A stretch of 47,106 nucleotides of DNA from an uncultured bacterium (GTDB taxonomy: Bacteria; SAR324; NAC60-12), in NCBI GenBank assembly GCA_965662845.1, contig CBFIJD010000024.1:1-47106 (forward strand). Direction: 5' to 3'. The notes beneath the pieces are model-generated. The model had not been told where the DNA came from and did not search any database. It saw only the letters and a program-made list of their open reading frames with translations. The position numbers and the translations under genes are program-made. Shown one piece after another: positions 45,582 to 47,106 of this stretch; position 1 is the first letter of the stretch, and each line of letters starts with the position of its first letter.

Positions 45582-46298
45582 ATGCGAGATCTGTTGTTTT
45601 TGGAAAACGACCAGCTGCTGTCGGAAGAAATCACCAAAGAGTTGAAGCTGCACGATTGGCAAGTGTGCGCGGTGCAGGAAGGCTTGGAAGCTCTGGTGAC
45701 CGGCCTCACGCGGAACTTCACCGTCGCCATCTTGGACTTGGACGTGATTGATCTCGATGGCGTGCAGATGATTCGGCATTTTCACCTCCATCGCCCAGAC
45801 ACGGTGCTGATCGCGACCAGTCGTCTCGCGACCCCCGAAGAACGCGCCGCCGCAGAGCAGGCCGGTGCTCAAGTTTATATGCGCAAGCCGTTCACCTTCG
45901 ACGAGCTGCAGCTCACGATTTTGAATTTGTTGAGTCGTCGACAAAAAGTGGGGACGAATCGTCCTCGAATGGAAGACTGGCACGACGAGCAATACTCTGG
46001 AGAGATCAAGCTCGCGGACGTCACTCTCAATCTGCGGACTTGCACCGTGCAGCGTGGGGGGAAAGAGTTTGAGCTGTCTCCGCGCGAGCTGGAGTTGCTG
46101 GAGTTCATGATGCGTCACCCGAACGCGCTCATCAGCAAGAACCGGCTCTTAGCAGAGGTCTGGAACTACGATGAGGGGATGAAGACGCGCGTAGTGGAGA
46201 ACTATGTCTCTCGCCTGCGCAAGAAGTTAGACACGCACTTCCCAGCGAAGCGCATCCACACGGAACGCCATCGCGGCTACAGCTTCCGCACGGCGTAA
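45582..46298 (+). CDS. OmpR/PhoB-family response regulator
   Basis: Receiver VAILDLDV...YMRKPF; winged helix LSPRELELLEF, LLAEVW, VVENYVSRLRKKL, IHTERHRGY. Confidence 0.92.
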   Translation: MRDLLFLENDQLLSEEITKELKLHDWQVCAVQEGLEALVTGLTRNFTVAILDLDVIDLDGVQMIRHFHLHRPDTVLIATSRLATPEERAAAEQAGAQVYMRKPFTFDELQLTILNLLSRRQKVGTNRPRMEDWHDEQYSGEIKLADVTLNLRTCTVQRGGKEFELSPRELELLEFMMRHPNALISKNRLLAEVWNYDEGMKTRVVENYVSRLRKKLDTHFPAKRIHTERHRGYSFRTA

Positions 46299-46431
46299 TT
46301 TCCGGCGAGAATCATCACAGCGGTCGTCAGCGCTTCGCCTTGCCTCCTCCCTCAAGGCTGAGACGTTGTCTTTTCCTTGCCGCGAGTGATGCTTCTCCCT
46401 CCTCCACGCTCCCTCCAGCGCTGCTTTAGAA

Positions 46432-47106
46432 TCACATCCAAATCACTTCGATTGTCTTCCCGTCTTCTTCCAAGAGCTCTCGCTCTCCGACGGTCTCAAT
46501 ATCTTCCGGAGGCGTGCGGGAATAAATAATCAATCTCCCAAAGTTTAATCCGCAGCGTTTCAAATAATCGGCGAGTTGTTTGCGACCTTTTGTCAACGCA
46601 GTTTTGCCCGAAAGCTTCAGCTCAAAGGCAAACTTCTCTCCGCAAAACTCCACCATCAGATCCATGCGGCCCAACCCAGCGGCGTATTCGCGGTGAATCC
46701 GACCTCTCCCATTCACGACGCGCTGCAACCACGCCAAAAACAACAGATGATGCGCCGCTTCGCTGTAGCTTTTGCGGCGTGTGACCATCTCGCTGTGTTC
46801 TTTGTAAAAAGCGATGTATTCGTTGAGTAGTTTCTCGATGTCTAGTTTGCCGTCTTCTTGGACATACCAAAGCGGATTTTGCCCTAAACGATCTTGTTGA
46901 TTTGACGTAAGCTCTCTCGGAATGACTTCTCGATAAATCGGGTTTGCGATCTCTAAACCAAGCAGACCTCTTCGCACTAAGCCCAAATCAAGAACATACT
47001 GCTTATCTTCCGTGCTCATCTCTTCGATATCTTGCGTTTCACCTCCCAATAAAATTGTTTCAATGATGCGAGCTACTCTCGGTTCGGTCAGCTTATCTTG
47101 CAGTTG
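46432..47106 (-). CDS. 3' part of AAA-ATPase / PD-(D/E)XK nuclease-domain protein (5' end outside window)
   Basis: Frame open to window edge (QLQDKLTEPRVARII); IANPIYREVIPREL; EAAHHL..AWLQRVVNG.G.I.REY..G.GRMDL..FELK..QL..Y; visibly lower GC than neighbours. Confidence 0.82.
   Translation of the reverse strand, partial: QLQDKLTEPRVARIIETILLGGETQDIEEMSTEDKQYVLDLGLVRRGLLGLEIANPIYREVIPRELTSNQQDRLGQNPLWYVQEDGKLDIEKLLNEYIAFYKEHSEMVTRRKSYSEAAHHLLFLAWLQRVVNGRGRIHREYAAGLGRMDLMVEFCGEKFAFELKLSGKTALTKGRKQLADYLKRCGLNFGRLIIYSRTPPEDIETVGERELLEEDGKTIEVIWM

Overview
A ~47 kb, mostly GC-rich bacterial chromosomal segment. The gene repertoire suggests a flagellated diderm of deltaproteobacterial/SAR324-like type (inference only). 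From left to right it holds: the 3' end of a DUF4351-type gene; a frameshifted selB; a TAXI-TRAP transporter, class-III aminotransferase and BKACE catabolic operon divergent from a CitE/malyl-CoA-lyase-like gene; cheV; two surface-protein genes; trpF and fused trpE(G); a 7-copy GTAG-type REP array; a lipoprotein gene, malQ and a PilMN/GspL-like gene; a GT2-flippase-lptB-rpoN-pspA run; a lipase-lipoprotein/FadL pair; a CIRCE-preceded zinc-ribbon gene and ccmB; flgFGAH under a sigma54-type promoter; a 10 kb signalling island; and a low-GC AAA/PD-(D/E)XK gene fragment. Two observations stand out. First, the island carries two tandem 7TM-DISM membrane pseudo-kinases that lack the phospho-His and phospho-Asp. 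Both end in a domain resembling the Vibrio ChiS-type DNA-binding domain. They are followed by a triple direct-repeat candidate operator and an operon with a SutA-like gene, a Trp/Arg repeat mini-protein and duplicated receivers. Second, three REP palindromes sit in-frame inside two adjacent surface-protein genes, all read as V-G-A-x4-P. No rRNA, tRNA or CRISPR array was recognised. All family assignments are by-eye motif recognition, not database searches.
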